Part shown: positions 9,880 through 19,513 of the stretch, piece after piece
How the letters are laid out: each line of letters starts with the position of its first letter
Position numbering within the stretch: the stretch's first letter is position 1
Assembly (NCBI GenBank): GCA_902626065.1
Contig: CACODT010000001.1
Location: 151,493 to 215,492, forward strand
DNA length: 64,000 nucleotides
Reading direction: 5' to 3'
From: an uncultured Candidatus Actinomarina sp.
GTDB taxonomy: Bacteria > Actinomycetota > Acidimicrobiia > Actinomarinales > Actinomarinaceae
Notes under the pieces: model-generated
What the model was told of the DNA's origin: nothing
The model's input: only the letters and a program-made list of their open reading frames with translations
Databases searched by the model: none
Translations under genes and position numbers: made by a program

Positions 9880-10940
9880 TGAAAAAAGTGCTTGTATTGA
9901 ATATATCTACTGATTCCAAAAATACATCTCTGGGATTTGCAATATCTTGGTTAAATGCATTTGCAAAAAAATTTGATGAAGTTCATGTCATTAGCTTAAG
10001 TAAAGGAAGTGATGATGAACTAGAAAAAAATGTAGTTGTTTCCTCAGTAGATAATGAACTTGGAAGAATTTCAAAAATAATTAATCTTTATAAATTAATC
10101 AATAAGCTAACAAAATCAAATAAATATGAATTCTGCTTGTCTCATATGTCGTCATTAATGGTGATAATCTCCTCACCAATACTTAAAATAAGAAAAATTA
10201 AATCAATATTTTGGTACACACATAAAGGTCCTACTGATTTCGTAAAAAAAATATTTTTACTAAAAGCATCGATTTATTCTAACAAGATAATAACAGCATC
10301 AAAAAATTCATTTCCGTACAAAAGATTTTTCAACAATAAAAGAAAATTACACGTTATTGGCCATGCAATTAAATTCGATGAGTTTTTCAGAAAAATTAAT
10401 AGTTTCGATGAAAAAAATTTTGTAATCATATCAAGAATTTCTAAATCAAAGAAAATTGACGAATCCATATCAGGGTTTCTCAATAGCGAAAAAGGATCTA
10501 GTCATAAATTATCAGTTATTGGAGGACCTCTATCATCTGAAGATGAAATATATTATCAAAACCTTAAATTAAAATATGCTTCACATGAAAATATAAGTTT
10601 TTTGGGAAGTATGCCTCATAAAAATTTAATAAATGAAATTTCTGATTTTAGTTTTCACATTAACAATACGGAAGAAGGCTTTTATGATAAATCTGTTCTT
10701 GAAACAATGTCACATGGACTTGTTAATTTTTATTCTAATTCAGACTATGACGATCTTTTACCAGAAGAATATCGAGATAAATTTAAATTTGATGGAACGC
10801 CTGAAAGCTTATCAAAAAAAATTACTGAAATTGGCAATTTAAAAATTGATGAAATCAATAAAATTATTAATTTTTCACAATCAAAATTAAAAAAGCAGTC
10901 TGTTAATAACCTTGTAGATAGAGTTCTAACAATTATTTAG
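9879..10940 (+). CDS. GT-B (GT4-like) glycosyltransferase
   Basis: FWYTH, GHAI, ISRISKSK, DKSVLETM motifs; translationally coupled to the preceding GT. Confidence 0.75.
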   Translation: MKKVLVLNISTDSKNTSLGFAISWLNAFAKKFDEVHVISLSKGSDDELEKNVVVSSVDNELGRISKIINLYKLINKLTKSNKYEFCLSHMSSLMVIISSPILKIRKIKSIFWYTHKGPTDFVKKIFLLKASIYSNKIITASKNSFPYKRFFNNKRKLHVIGHAIKFDEFFRKINSFDEKNFVIISRISKSKKIDESISGFLNSEKGSSHKLSVIGGPLSSEDEIYYQNLKLKYASHENISFLGSMPHKNLINEISDFSFHINNTEEGFYDKSVLETMSHGLVNFYSNSDYDDLLPEEYRDKFKFDGTPESLSKKITEIGNLKIDEINKIINFSQSKLKKQSVNNLVDRVLTII

Positions 10941-11868
10941 ATAATTGTTCTTCGACCCATGTAATAGTTTTTGCTAATCCTTCATCAAGATTTACTTTTG
11001 GCCCCCAATTTAACTTTGTTTTAGCTTTTGTGATATCAGGCTTACGCTGCTTTGGATCATCATTTGGAAGTTCTAAATATTTTATTTCAGACGTTGAATC
11101 TGTTAATTCAATAATCTTTTCTGCTAATTTTCCAACTGTCATTTCATTCGGATTACCGATATTGAAAACATCATATTCAGTTGAGTTCATTAAGGAGATA
11201 ATTCCTGCAACAGTATCTTCTACGTATGAAAAACTTCTTGTTTGTGTACCATCTCCATATATCGTTATATTTTCATTTCTTAGTGCTTGTACAATAAAAT
11301 TTGTTACTACTCTTCCATCATTTAATTGCATTCTTGGACCATATGTATTAAAAATTCTTACAATTTTAGTTTTAAGACCATAGGACCTTGAATAAGTTGC
11401 AACTGCTGCCTCTGCAAATCTCTTTGCTTCATCATACATACTTCTCTCACCATTTGGATTCACATTACCCCAATATTCTTCGTTCTGAGGACTGATCAAT
11501 GGATCTCCATAAACTTCAGAGGTTGATGCGAGTAAGTATTCTGCACTATGTTTTTTAGCCAAACCCAATGTATTTATTGTGCCTACACTTCCAGCTTTGA
11601 GAGTATTGACTGGATGTTCGGTATATGCTTTTGGTGAAGCTGCACTGGCAAAATGTAAAACATAATCAACCTTATCTTCTATTTCTATATGATTTTGAAC
11701 ATCATGCTCAATAAACGAAAAATTTTTATTTTCCATTAAATTATTTATATTTTCAGTGGAACCTGTCAGTAAATTGTCTATAACGATAATTTTATGTCCA
11801 TCATTAATTAGGTTTTCACATAGATAAGATCCTACAAATCCCGAACCACCAGTAATTACAATATTCAT
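10933..11868 (-). CDS. UDP-glucuronate decarboxylase (UDP-xylose synthase)
   Basis: GGSGFVGS, ASAASP, ASTSEVYGDP, EEYWGNVNP, YDEAKR, DGRVVTNFI, DDPKQRKPDI motifs. ATGA overlap with ugd. Confidence 0.9.
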   Translation of the reverse strand: MNIVITGGSGFVGSYLCENLINDGHKIIVIDNLLTGSTENINNLMENKNFSFIEHDVQNHIEIEDKVDYVLHFASAASPKAYTEHPVNTLKAGSVGTINTLGLAKKHSAEYLLASTSEVYGDPLISPQNEEYWGNVNPNGERSMYDEAKRFAEAAVATYSRSYGLKTKIVRIFNTYGPRMQLNDGRVVTNFIVQALRNENITIYGDGTQTRSFSYVEDTVAGIISLMNSTEYDVFNIGNPNEMTVGKLAEKIIELTDSTSEIKYLELPNDDPKQRKPDITKAKTKLNWGPKVNLDEGLAKTITWVEEQLSK

Positions 11869-13067
11869 AGTGACCATGGAATATAAGTTTTAGAATTAGA
11901 ATCTTCAATGATTCTATTTAACTTATCAAGTGTTAACTCTTTGACTGGGTACATTAAAACAAATAGATGAGGAGAATTCAGATTTTCAAGATAATCAAAC
12001 TTAACTATGTCTTCACTATTTATTATTTCATCAAAAATAACCACATTTTCAATTGAACTTTTAAGATTTTTAAATATTTCTGTCGTTGGTGAGTTTCTTA
12101 AATCATCTGTGTCTTCTTTGAATGCTGCGCCAATAAGAACTACTCCTTCTAGTTTTTTCGTTTCATAAAGTTCTTTAATATTTTCTGAAGTCCAAATAGC
12201 ATGAATATCGTTTGAATTTATAATATTTGAAATAAGTGGAAGATTTAATTTGTCATTATCATAAAAATTATTTACTTCTACAAGGTCTTTTGGAAAACAT
12301 GAACCACCCCATGAAGGTGAGGGTCTAAAATAATGCTGTCCAATTCTTTTGTCTAGGCCAACACCTTTTAAAACATCATCTAAATTTCCCCCGGAGTATT
12401 CTATTAACCTTGTTGCTTCATTCACAAAAGATAATCTGAGTGGAAGATATGTGTTTGCAAGATATTTAATCAATTGAGAGCTAATTGAATCAGTTATAAT
12501 AATCTCACAGTCAAAGCCACTATAAAGTTCTTTTAATTTGGTAAGTTTTTCACTGTCAGTCCCACCAAGAACAATCCTATCTGGCTTAAAGAAATCTTCA
12601 ACAGCTGTACCCTCTCTCAAGAATTCTGGATTAAACGTTAATTTACTTGAATCCATTCCAACTTTCTCACAAACCTTTTCTATCTCGTATGGAGGAATTG
12701 TCGATTTTACAGTTATTACTAAGTCATTATTATTTACATTATTTATTTCTTTAATGGCAGATTCTAAAAACTTTGTATCTACAGAATTTGTTTCAATATT
12801 GTTTGGTGTTTGAACGCAGACAAAAACAATATCTATTTTATCCCATTCAATGCTTGCATAATCTGAAGAGAAAGACATTCTTTTAAATGTTTCATCATCA
12901 TTGAAATATTCTTCAAGTCCAGGCTCGTAAAAGGTAATTTTTTTACTGGATAGATCTTTAATTTTATTCTCATCCAAATCAATAAAATTAATGATGTTGC
13001 CACGACTTGCCAATCCTACTCCAGTGACTAAGCCTACATATCCTGTACCTATTATGACAATGTTCAT
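11865..13067 (-). CDS. ugd: UDP-glucose 6-dehydrogenase
   Basis: GTGYVGL, KSTIP, NPEFLREG, GGSCFPKD (catalytic Cys), FKEDTDDLRNSP motifs. Confidence 0.9.
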   Translation of the reverse strand: MNIVIIGTGYVGLVTGVGLASRGNIINFIDLDENKIKDLSSKKITFYEPGLEEYFNDDETFKRMSFSSDYASIEWDKIDIVFVCVQTPNNIETNSVDTKFLESAIKEINNVNNNDLVITVKSTIPPYEIEKVCEKVGMDSSKLTFNPEFLREGTAVEDFFKPDRIVLGGTDSEKLTKLKELYSGFDCEIIITDSISSQLIKYLANTYLPLRLSFVNEATRLIEYSGGNLDDVLKGVGLDKRIGQHYFRPSPSWGGSCFPKDLVEVNNFYDNDKLNLPLISNIINSNDIHAIWTSENIKELYETKKLEGVVLIGAAFKEDTDDLRNSPTTEIFKNLKSSIENVVIFDEIINSEDIVKFDYLENLNSPHLFVLMYPVKELTLDKLNRIIEDSNSKTYIPWSL

Positions 13068-13108
13068 ATTATGCAATGTTAACAATTTTAACACTTAAAA
13101 TGTTATTA
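13068..13108. promoter_or_regulatory. 41-bp divergent promoter region with a -10-like hexamer facing each start codon
   Basis: + strand TAAAAT-N7-ATG(13109); - strand TAACAT-N8-ATG(13067); no SD on either side. Confidence 0.5.
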
Positions 13109-14257
13109 ATGATTGTTTATTTAGCACATTGGGATTGGATACTAACTCAATCAAGAAAAGACATTGTTTCAAATATTGATGACTCAAAATTTATGGCAAT
13201 TTGCCCAATTGATGGAAATAAAATAGAACTTGAAAATTATTATCATAAAACAGTTGATTGGAACCTAAATAGAAATAAAATTTTTGACATTTCGGGAATT
13301 AGAAGTCTTAGAAAAATCACAAAGTCTCTTAATTATGACGATATTGTACACGTTTATACTTTAAAATCTGGGTTGCTTTTTGCTTTTGCAAACCTTTTTA
13401 GAAATAATAAAACTAAAAATATATTGACTATTACTGGTTTAGGATATCTATTTAGCAACAACTTTAAAGCGAAGATTTTAAAAATATTGTTAAGCTTTTT
13501 TATTACACACCTGATAAATAAAAATTTTGATTTTTTGATGTATCAGAACAATGTAGATCAAAAAACATTTAATAATTATTCAAAATATATAGGTGAATCT
13601 TACATTATTCCAACTTCTGGAATATCTGTGAAGGAATTTAAGATAAAAAAAGAATATCGAAATTCAAATTTAAAAATAATCATGGCCACAAGGTTGATTA
13701 ATGACAAAGGTGTATTTGAATATCTTGAGCTAGCTAATTTAATGAAAGATTCTGATTTTGAATTCTATCTAGCTGGAGATATTGACAAAGGAAATCCAGA
13801 CTCATTAAGTAAATCTCAGCTAGATGAAATTAAAAATAATAAATCTATAAATTATTTAGGACATATTGATATAAGTAAAGAGCTTCACAATTACGATATA
13901 AATCTCGTTATGTCAAAGTATGAGGGATCTTCAAGAATACTTTTAGAGTCGTTGTACATAGGATTGATATGTATATCAAATAATATTCCAGGGACAACTG
14001 AGCTGAGCTCAAAATTTAATAATTCTTTCTTTGTAAATGACAACAACATACAAGAATTTAAAAGAAATCTTGATGAAATAATTAATCATGATGTTTTTTT
14101 AGATAGTACACAAAATGAATTTTTTGGAAATGGTGCTGATTTCAATAGAAAATTAATTAATGAAAACTATACATCTATCAAAATTGCAGCTGCATATAAT
14201 AAAATTTATCAATATTTAAGAGGAGAGATCGAGAGCTACAAAAGTGAATTTGTCTAA
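13109..14257 (+). CDS. GT4 glycosyltransferase (CapM/PglA-like)
   Basis: ITGLGYLF, ATRLINDKG, DKGNP, YEGSSRILLES motifs. Start re-called to ATG 13109. Confidence 0.85.
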   Translation: MIVYLAHWDWILTQSRKDIVSNIDDSKFMAICPIDGNKIELENYYHKTVDWNLNRNKIFDISGIRSLRKITKSLNYDDIVHVYTLKSGLLFAFANLFRNNKTKNILTITGLGYLFSNNFKAKILKILLSFFITHLINKNFDFLMYQNNVDQKTFNNYSKYIGESYIIPTSGISVKEFKIKKEYRNSNLKIIMATRLINDKGVFEYLELANLMKDSDFEFYLAGDIDKGNPDSLSKSQLDEIKNNKSINYLGHIDISKELHNYDINLVMSKYEGSSRILLESLYIGLICISNNIPGTTELSSKFNNSFFVNDNNIQEFKRNLDEIINHDVFLDSTQNEFFGNGADFNRKLINENYTSIKIAAAYNKIYQYLRGEIESYKSEFV

Positions 14258-15284
14258 CTTTCAAGTCTCAATAACAAGTGCTGCAATAGCAACACTTTTA
14301 TTATCCATACTCTTTAATTGGATAACTCTTCAAAGATCAAAAAACTTCGTACCAAGCAAAAGAAAAAATGAAGAAAGACTTTCTTCCAAATACGTTCCAC
14401 CATTTGGAGGTATTGCATGTTCAATTGCATTTTTGATATCTACAAGACTTCTAGGGCAAGCAGAAAGTAATTTCTTATATATTGGTTTTTTTGCAGTAGC
14501 AATTTCAATTGTTGGCTTGCTTGACGATTTATATAATTTTAAATGGTATATCAAGTTTATTTTTCAAATAATCATTGTCTACATACCTCTATATAACCTG
14601 AATATTTTTATAAATTTTGAATCGCTGATTGGAATAGAATTTAATAATTCTTTAAATTATATAGTTTCAACAATTTGGATTATGTTGATAATGAATGCTA
14701 TAAATTTTATAGATAATATGGATGGACTTGCCGTAGTTGTATCCTCAGCTATTTGCATTCAGATTGCAGTCTTAACAAATTATTTAAACCAATATAAGTT
14801 AACAGATATTTCAATTCTTTTACTTTGTGCAATTGGAGGCTTTTTATTTTTCAATTTCCCACCAGCAAAATTATATTTTGGAGATTCTGGTAGTTTATTT
14901 ATCGGATTTTGCTTAGGATTTATGAGTATTTTATATAACTGGCTTCCAGAAAATATTACCATTTATTCATCTACACTCAGCCCAATATTGTTGATTTTTT
15001 CTGTTCCTCTTATTGATTTTCTTGTTGTAGTAACTTACAGAATTAGTATTGGAAAATCCCCTACTATTGGTGGAACAGACCATATATCACATAGATTACT
15101 TGCAAAAGGATTTTCTGAAGAAAAGGTTCTTACAATATTTATAGGTTATAGTTTTGGAACTTTTGGATTAATCTATCTCTCAATCTTTACACCAACACTA
15201 ATATCGTATGTAATCATTGGAGCTTTGTTTATTCTTTATTTTTTGGCATATTTTATATCAATAAAATTGAAGGTATTAACTTAG
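14244..15284 (+). CDS. Polytopic undecaprenyl-phosphate HexNAc-1-phosphate transferase (WecA/TagO, MraY family)
   Basis: PPFGGIA, GLLDD, NAINFIDNMDGL, NFPPAKLYFGDSGS, DHISHRL motifs. Confidence 0.9.
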   Translation: MNLSNFQVSITSAAIATLLLSILFNWITLQRSKNFVPSKRKNEERLSSKYVPPFGGIACSIAFLISTRLLGQAESNFLYIGFFAVAISIVGLLDDLYNFKWYIKFIFQIIIVYIPLYNLNIFINFESLIGIEFNNSLNYIVSTIWIMLIMNAINFIDNMDGLAVVVSSAICIQIAVLTNYLNQYKLTDISILLLCAIGGFLFFNFPPAKLYFGDSGSLFIGFCLGFMSILYNWLPENITIYSSTLSPILLIFSVPLIDFLVVVTYRISIGKSPTIGGTDHISHRLLAKGFSEEKVLTIFIGYSFGTFGLIYLSIFTPTLISYVIIGALFILYFLAYFISIKLKVLT

Positions 15285-15980
15285 TTTTTGTTCTAGTTCT
15301 ATTATTCTTTCAGGAGTTCCAGCATCAATCCACCAACCATCAATTGAAAAATTTTTACAGTTTTTTTCATTGACATATAAATTGCATAAATCAGTTATTT
15401 CATATTCGCCTCTTTTTGATGGTTGGAGTTTAGAAATCTTTTCAAAGACAGATTCATCAAACATATAAGCACCAACTACTGCATCATTTGATTTTGGCAT
15501 GTCTGGTTTTTCTTCAATAGATATTACATTTCCATTTTGATCCATTTGGGCTACTCCAAATTCTTGAGGATTTTCAACCATTTTTGTAAAGATAAAAGCA
15601 CCAGATTGGAATTCATTTAAATTAAATCCTTCAAGAGGATTATTCTCAAAAAAATTATCACCTAACACAAATAATAATTTCTCATTTTTTACCAAATTTT
15701 CTGCCTGTTGTAGAGCATGAGAAATACCCTTTGGTTCATCTTGAATTGAAAATCCAATATCAAAATTTGAAAAAGATCTCATTACAACATCTTGAATCAG
15801 AGAAGAGTATTCAGGATTTGTAATAATTACAAAATTTTCAAACCCCCAATTATTTAATTGTTGTATTTGATGGTTTATCATTGGGGTTCCATTTACTTCT
15901 AATAAAATTTTGGTAGATTTATTGTCTCTAAAATTTTGAAGCCTAGTTCCCAAACCCCCAGCTGCAATCACACATTTCAT
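15276..15980 (-). CDS. Glucose-1-phosphate thymidylyltransferase-like nucleotidyltransferase (RmlA family, short form)
   Basis: AAGGLGTRL, LGDN, EEKP, SKRGEYEITD, WIDAGT motifs. Alternative in-frame GTG start at 15989. Confidence 0.85.
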   Translation of the reverse strand: MKCVIAAGGLGTRLQNFRDNKSTKILLEVNGTPMINHQIQQLNNWGFENFVIITNPEYSSLIQDVVMRSFSNFDIGFSIQDEPKGISHALQQAENLVKNEKLLFVLGDNFFENNPLEGFNLNEFQSGAFIFTKMVENPQEFGVAQMDQNGNVISIEEKPDMPKSNDAVVGAYMFDESVFEKISKLQPSKRGEYEITDLCNLYVNEKNCKNFSIDGWWIDAGTPERIIELEQKLS

Positions 15981-16030
15981 ATTTTTCACAATTAAAGAAT
16001 ACACAGTTATATTATGTAATTTGGTATCAA

Positions 16031-17161
16031 ATGAATATTTTAAATAAATATACTTATCTTCTTCTTGGATTACTAGGAATTGCAGGGATCGTTATTTTGG
16101 TTTTTTTACCGAATCTAGAAACTGAGGAATTTAGTCAAGATGTAATTGATGACATTATTGAGGGTGTTACAACAACAACAATTTCAGAAGCTGAGATTAA
16201 TGAAGCATCTGTAGATGAATCATTTACAAATTTAGGAGACGAACTAATTATTTCAATTGAAGATAAGTCTCAAATTGAAGATATGTTGTTGTACAACAAT
16301 TTTGAAAAAGAAATTGATAGTTTTGATACATATTTACTTATTGGATCAGATGAAAGATCAGAAAAAATTGCCGAAACACGAGGTGAAATTGAAGGTAAAA
16401 GAGCTGATGTAATAATTCTGGGTCTCGTTGAAAAAGGAACAAATGAAATCACACTTTTATCATTTCCTAGAGATTTATTAATAGAAAACAATTGCACAAA
16501 TAATTTAGAAAGAATAAATGCGGCATATTCAAAAAATGAGTGTGGTGGAAGGGCGGAAAATTTAGCTGCTGCCATTTACAGTATATCTGGAATAAGAGTA
16601 GATCATTTCGCTAGTTTTGATTTTGAGGGTTTTGAAGAAATTATTGACTCCGTAGAGGGTATAGAAGTCTGTGTTAATGAGACTCAAAGAGAGGGATTTA
16701 GTTTTGAATTACAAAAAGGATGTCAAACGGTAAATGGATTGACAACCTTAAATTGGGTTGTTTCAAGATCAACAGAAGTCCTAGTAGGTGAAAAAATTAT
16801 TGATAAAGACGGAAATGATATTTCGAATTGGAGACCTATGCCTGGCGTTAGTGATTTATCAAGAATTGAAAGACAGCAATACGTAGTGATGCAACTGATA
16901 AATGAATTAAGAAATTTTGAATCAATAAACGAACTCTACGGGTTTATAAATGCTTTAGAGAATGCTTTCGTTATTGATGAAAATTTAACAATAAATAGAG
17001 CTGTTGATATCTTGTGGACATTTAGGAACATCGAGCTAAGTAATGTAAAAAAATTAACTACACCAGTAAACTATTTAACTTTGAGTGATGGAAGACAAGT
17101 TCTAGTTTTAAGCGAAACTATTGAAGACTTTTTGAATAAGAACTCAATTATTGATTCTTAA
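16031..17161 (+). CDS. LytR-CpsA-Psr (LCP) glycopolymer-peptidoglycan ligase
   Basis: N-terminal TM; LLIGSDER, RADVI, SFPRD, RINAAY, SDLSRIERQQ motifs; two Cys pairs as in actinobacterial LCPs. Confidence 0.9.
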   Translation: MNILNKYTYLLLGLLGIAGIVILVFLPNLETEEFSQDVIDDIIEGVTTTTISEAEINEASVDESFTNLGDELIISIEDKSQIEDMLLYNNFEKEIDSFDTYLLIGSDERSEKIAETRGEIEGKRADVIILGLVEKGTNEITLLSFPRDLLIENNCTNNLERINAAYSKNECGGRAENLAAAIYSISGIRVDHFASFDFEGFEEIIDSVEGIEVCVNETQREGFSFELQKGCQTVNGLTTLNWVVSRSTEVLVGEKIIDKDGNDISNWRPMPGVSDLSRIERQQYVVMQLINELRNFESINELYGFINALENAFVIDENLTINRAVDILWTFRNIELSNVKKLTTPVNYLTLSDGRQVLVLSETIEDFLNKNSIIDS

Positions 17162-19123
17162 AGTTTTTTCAAAGAAATAGATTGGTATGAGCCAAAAATA
17201 TATTGCTACATCTGGAGCATAAATTAAATCATTTGTTAAATTTTGTGTAATCAACATTAACAATATTGCTAATTCGATAGCGTTAGAGCTTTTAAAATTT
17301 TTAAATATCGAATAAAAAATTAATAACACAATTAATAAAACAATGACTAAACCATATTCAACTGCCATGGTTAAAAAACCATTATGTGATGTTGTAATTT
17401 CGTCGAACTGTGAAAGTGAGAATTCTGAGATGATTGTATTAAATTTGCCGTTATCTGCAATCAGTTGACCTGATCTTAGACTCTGACCACCTAAAAAGTT
17501 TGAATAACCACTTTGTATATCTTCAACCCAAAAAAAGTACATTTTTCCATCTACAATTGACCATTTCCATGATTGATTATTTTCTTTTTCATTAATTTTT
17601 AAAATTGAACTTTGACTAAATAAAGTTTCGTTTCCTTTTGGAATATTGTCCAAATCTAAATTTATGATTATTTCAAAATCTTTTCCAGATAATGTTGTTT
17701 CATTGGGAATAGCAATCCAGTAACTTCGTGGCCTTTTTAACTTCAACCCATTATTCTTGTAAACAATTTTTCCATCATTCCTGTTGTCGTAATAATCACT
17801 TGAAGCTGGTAAAAATATAAAATAATTTTTGTCCCTATTACTTTCTCTAAAGCTATAACTATAAGCTTTATCATCTACCTCAATTGTTAGATCATTTATA
17901 TAGCCATCTAAATACGATCCTCCAGGAGATTGACCATCAGCCCAGCCACCAACTTCAAAAAACGAATTATTATCAATTAGATCAATGACTACACCACTTG
18001 TATGATTGGAACCAATTTGTTTCCAGTCATTGCCGTTATTTGAAAAGAAGAATGAAACAATTGACCTAGGAAGTATGTTGTCTCTATAATCAAATTTCAT
18101 TTTTAGATATCCCCCAGCTGGCTCCTCACTGCTGTTATCAATTAATTTATTCACATCCTCTTTTTGATTTGCTGAATATTTAATATTAAATTTATCCATT
18201 AATATTTCATCATCTAACGTTATAAGATAATCTTTATAAACCTCCTTTATATAGTTGCCACCCCCCGTACCGTTTAAAATTTCAATATTAATTAAACCAA
18301 TAGAATTTAAATATCCCCTATTTGACTGTTTAAGAAATATGGATGGAAATAAAAAAATTACAGCTAATCCAATTGCTAATGTACCAACTGTAAAATATAT
18401 TTTTACTTTTTTTTCAATTGAGTTGGTAAATGAAAGAATTACAAACATCCCCACAACAAAAGCTAGATATGAGCCTCTTGAGAATGTTAAGTAGAGATTT
18501 AATAATGAAATTATTAGAAAAAGAGTATTTGATTTATTTTCAAATAAATAATTTTTAAAGTTATTACTTAGTGAGATTTTGTAGAGGCAAATTAATGAAG
18601 CTATTGCACATATGATACCTATTACATTTGGCCCACCACCTTGAAACCCTCCAAGTCTTCCAGATGTAAATGGATTGGTACTATCAGTATTATTACTAAT
18701 CCAGCCATCAATGGTTCCGGGGAGTTCAATTTGGAAAATAACTAGTACAAAATTGCCAATCATAACTAGTGATAGAGGTTCAAAAATTTCAATAATGTTG
18801 TCATTATTTTTTCTTACAAATTCAATGCAAAGATAAGAAAGCACAAAATAAAAGTAAAATCTTAAATTTGTTTGGTTTAACAAATTTATTTCGTCCGTTA
18901 AGAAAGTTGTATATAAAACGAAAATTATGAAAAATGATATGAATGCTTTATCAAACCTATCAAAATTAAGATTCCTTAATCTATTTGTCAATAAAACAAC
19001 AAAAATTGCAATTAAGGGAATGTCTTCAAAATTAACCCCAAAAAAATTTAAGCCAAAATTTGAAGGTATTAATAAAGTTATTGCAAAAATCGATCCAATT
19101 AGACGAGAATTTATCCGACTCAT
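17144..19123 (-). CDS. O-antigen-ligase-like membrane protein with a large beta-rich extracytoplasmic insertion
   Basis: TM segments, GRLGGFQGGGPN, LTFSRGS, GTGGGNY and SHNGFL motifs, with about 290 soluble residues between the last two. Confidence 0.8.
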   Translation of the reverse strand: MSRINSRLIGSIFAITLLIPSNFGLNFFGVNFEDIPLIAIFVVLLTNRLRNLNFDRFDKAFISFFIIFVLYTTFLTDEINLLNQTNLRFYFYFVLSYLCIEFVRKNNDNIIEIFEPLSLVMIGNFVLVIFQIELPGTIDGWISNNTDSTNPFTSGRLGGFQGGGPNVIGIICAIASLICLYKISLSNNFKNYLFENKSNTLFLIISLLNLYLTFSRGSYLAFVVGMFVILSFTNSIEKKVKIYFTVGTLAIGLAVIFLFPSIFLKQSNRGYLNSIGLINIEILNGTGGGNYIKEVYKDYLITLDDEILMDKFNIKYSANQKEDVNKLIDNSSEEPAGGYLKMKFDYRDNILPRSIVSFFFSNNGNDWKQIGSNHTSGVVIDLIDNNSFFEVGGWADGQSPGGSYLDGYINDLTIEVDDKAYSYSFRESNRDKNYFIFLPASSDYYDNRNDGKIVYKNNGLKLKRPRSYWIAIPNETTLSGKDFEIIINLDLDNIPKGNETLFSQSSILKINEKENNQSWKWSIVDGKMYFFWVEDIQSGYSNFLGGQSLRSGQLIADNGKFNTIISEFSLSQFDEITTSHNGFLTMAVEYGLVIVLLIVLLIFYSIFKNFKSSNAIELAILLMLITQNLTNDLIYAPDVAIYFWLIPIYFFEKTLRINN

Positions 19124-19143
19124 AATTGTATTTTTACTCACTG

Positions 19144-19217
19144 TGGGCCCGGCAGGACTCGAACCTGCGACCGACGGATTATGAGTCCGTTGCTCTAACC
19201 AACTGAGCTACAGGCCC
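19144..19217 (-). tRNA. tRNA with CAT anticodon, probably tRNA-Ile2 (lysidine)
   Basis: GGGCCTGTAGCTCAG...ACGGA-CTCATAA-TCCGT...GGTTCGAGTCC...CGGGCCCA cloverleaf. Confidence 0.9.
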
Positions 19218-19222
19218 AAAAG

Positions 19223-19513
19223 TTAATTAATTACTGATTGTAGTTTGAGAGCAATCCCCATATCACCCTCTACTTTTAATTTACCAGTCATGAAAGCTGC
19301 TTGAGGGCTTACAGATTTATCGTACATCCCTTTAAAAGTTTCCATATCTGTTGTAATTGTGCATGCTGCTTCAACGTCATCATCAGTAATCTCACCATTA
19401 TCAGGATTCATAAATACTATTTGAGAATCTACAACCCATTTAATTGATCCTGGTAAAACACTTAAGTCTTTACCTTCCGCATTTTGCTTTACAAAATCTA
19501 AAGCTTCTGACAT
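19223..19513 (-). CDS. Stand-alone SCP2 sterol/lipid-carrier domain protein
   Basis: PQAAFMTGKLKVEGDMGIALKL signature; AGGAGG SD before ATG 19513. Confidence 0.9.
   Translation of the reverse strand: MSEALDFVKQNAEGKDLSVLPGSIKWVVDSQIVFMNPDNGEITDDDVEAACTITTDMETFKGMYDKSVSPQAAFMTGKLKVEGDMGIALKLQSVIN

Noticed and set aside
11865-12060. Possible truncation of the ugd C-terminus
   Set aside because: Catalytic motifs are intact and the stop forms an ATGA overlap with the next gene, indicating natural compaction.
19144-19217. Initiator tRNA-fMet
   Set aside because: It has a paired G1-C72 and lacks the three consecutive G-C pairs in the anticodon stem; Ile2 is more likely, though elongator Met is not fully excluded.
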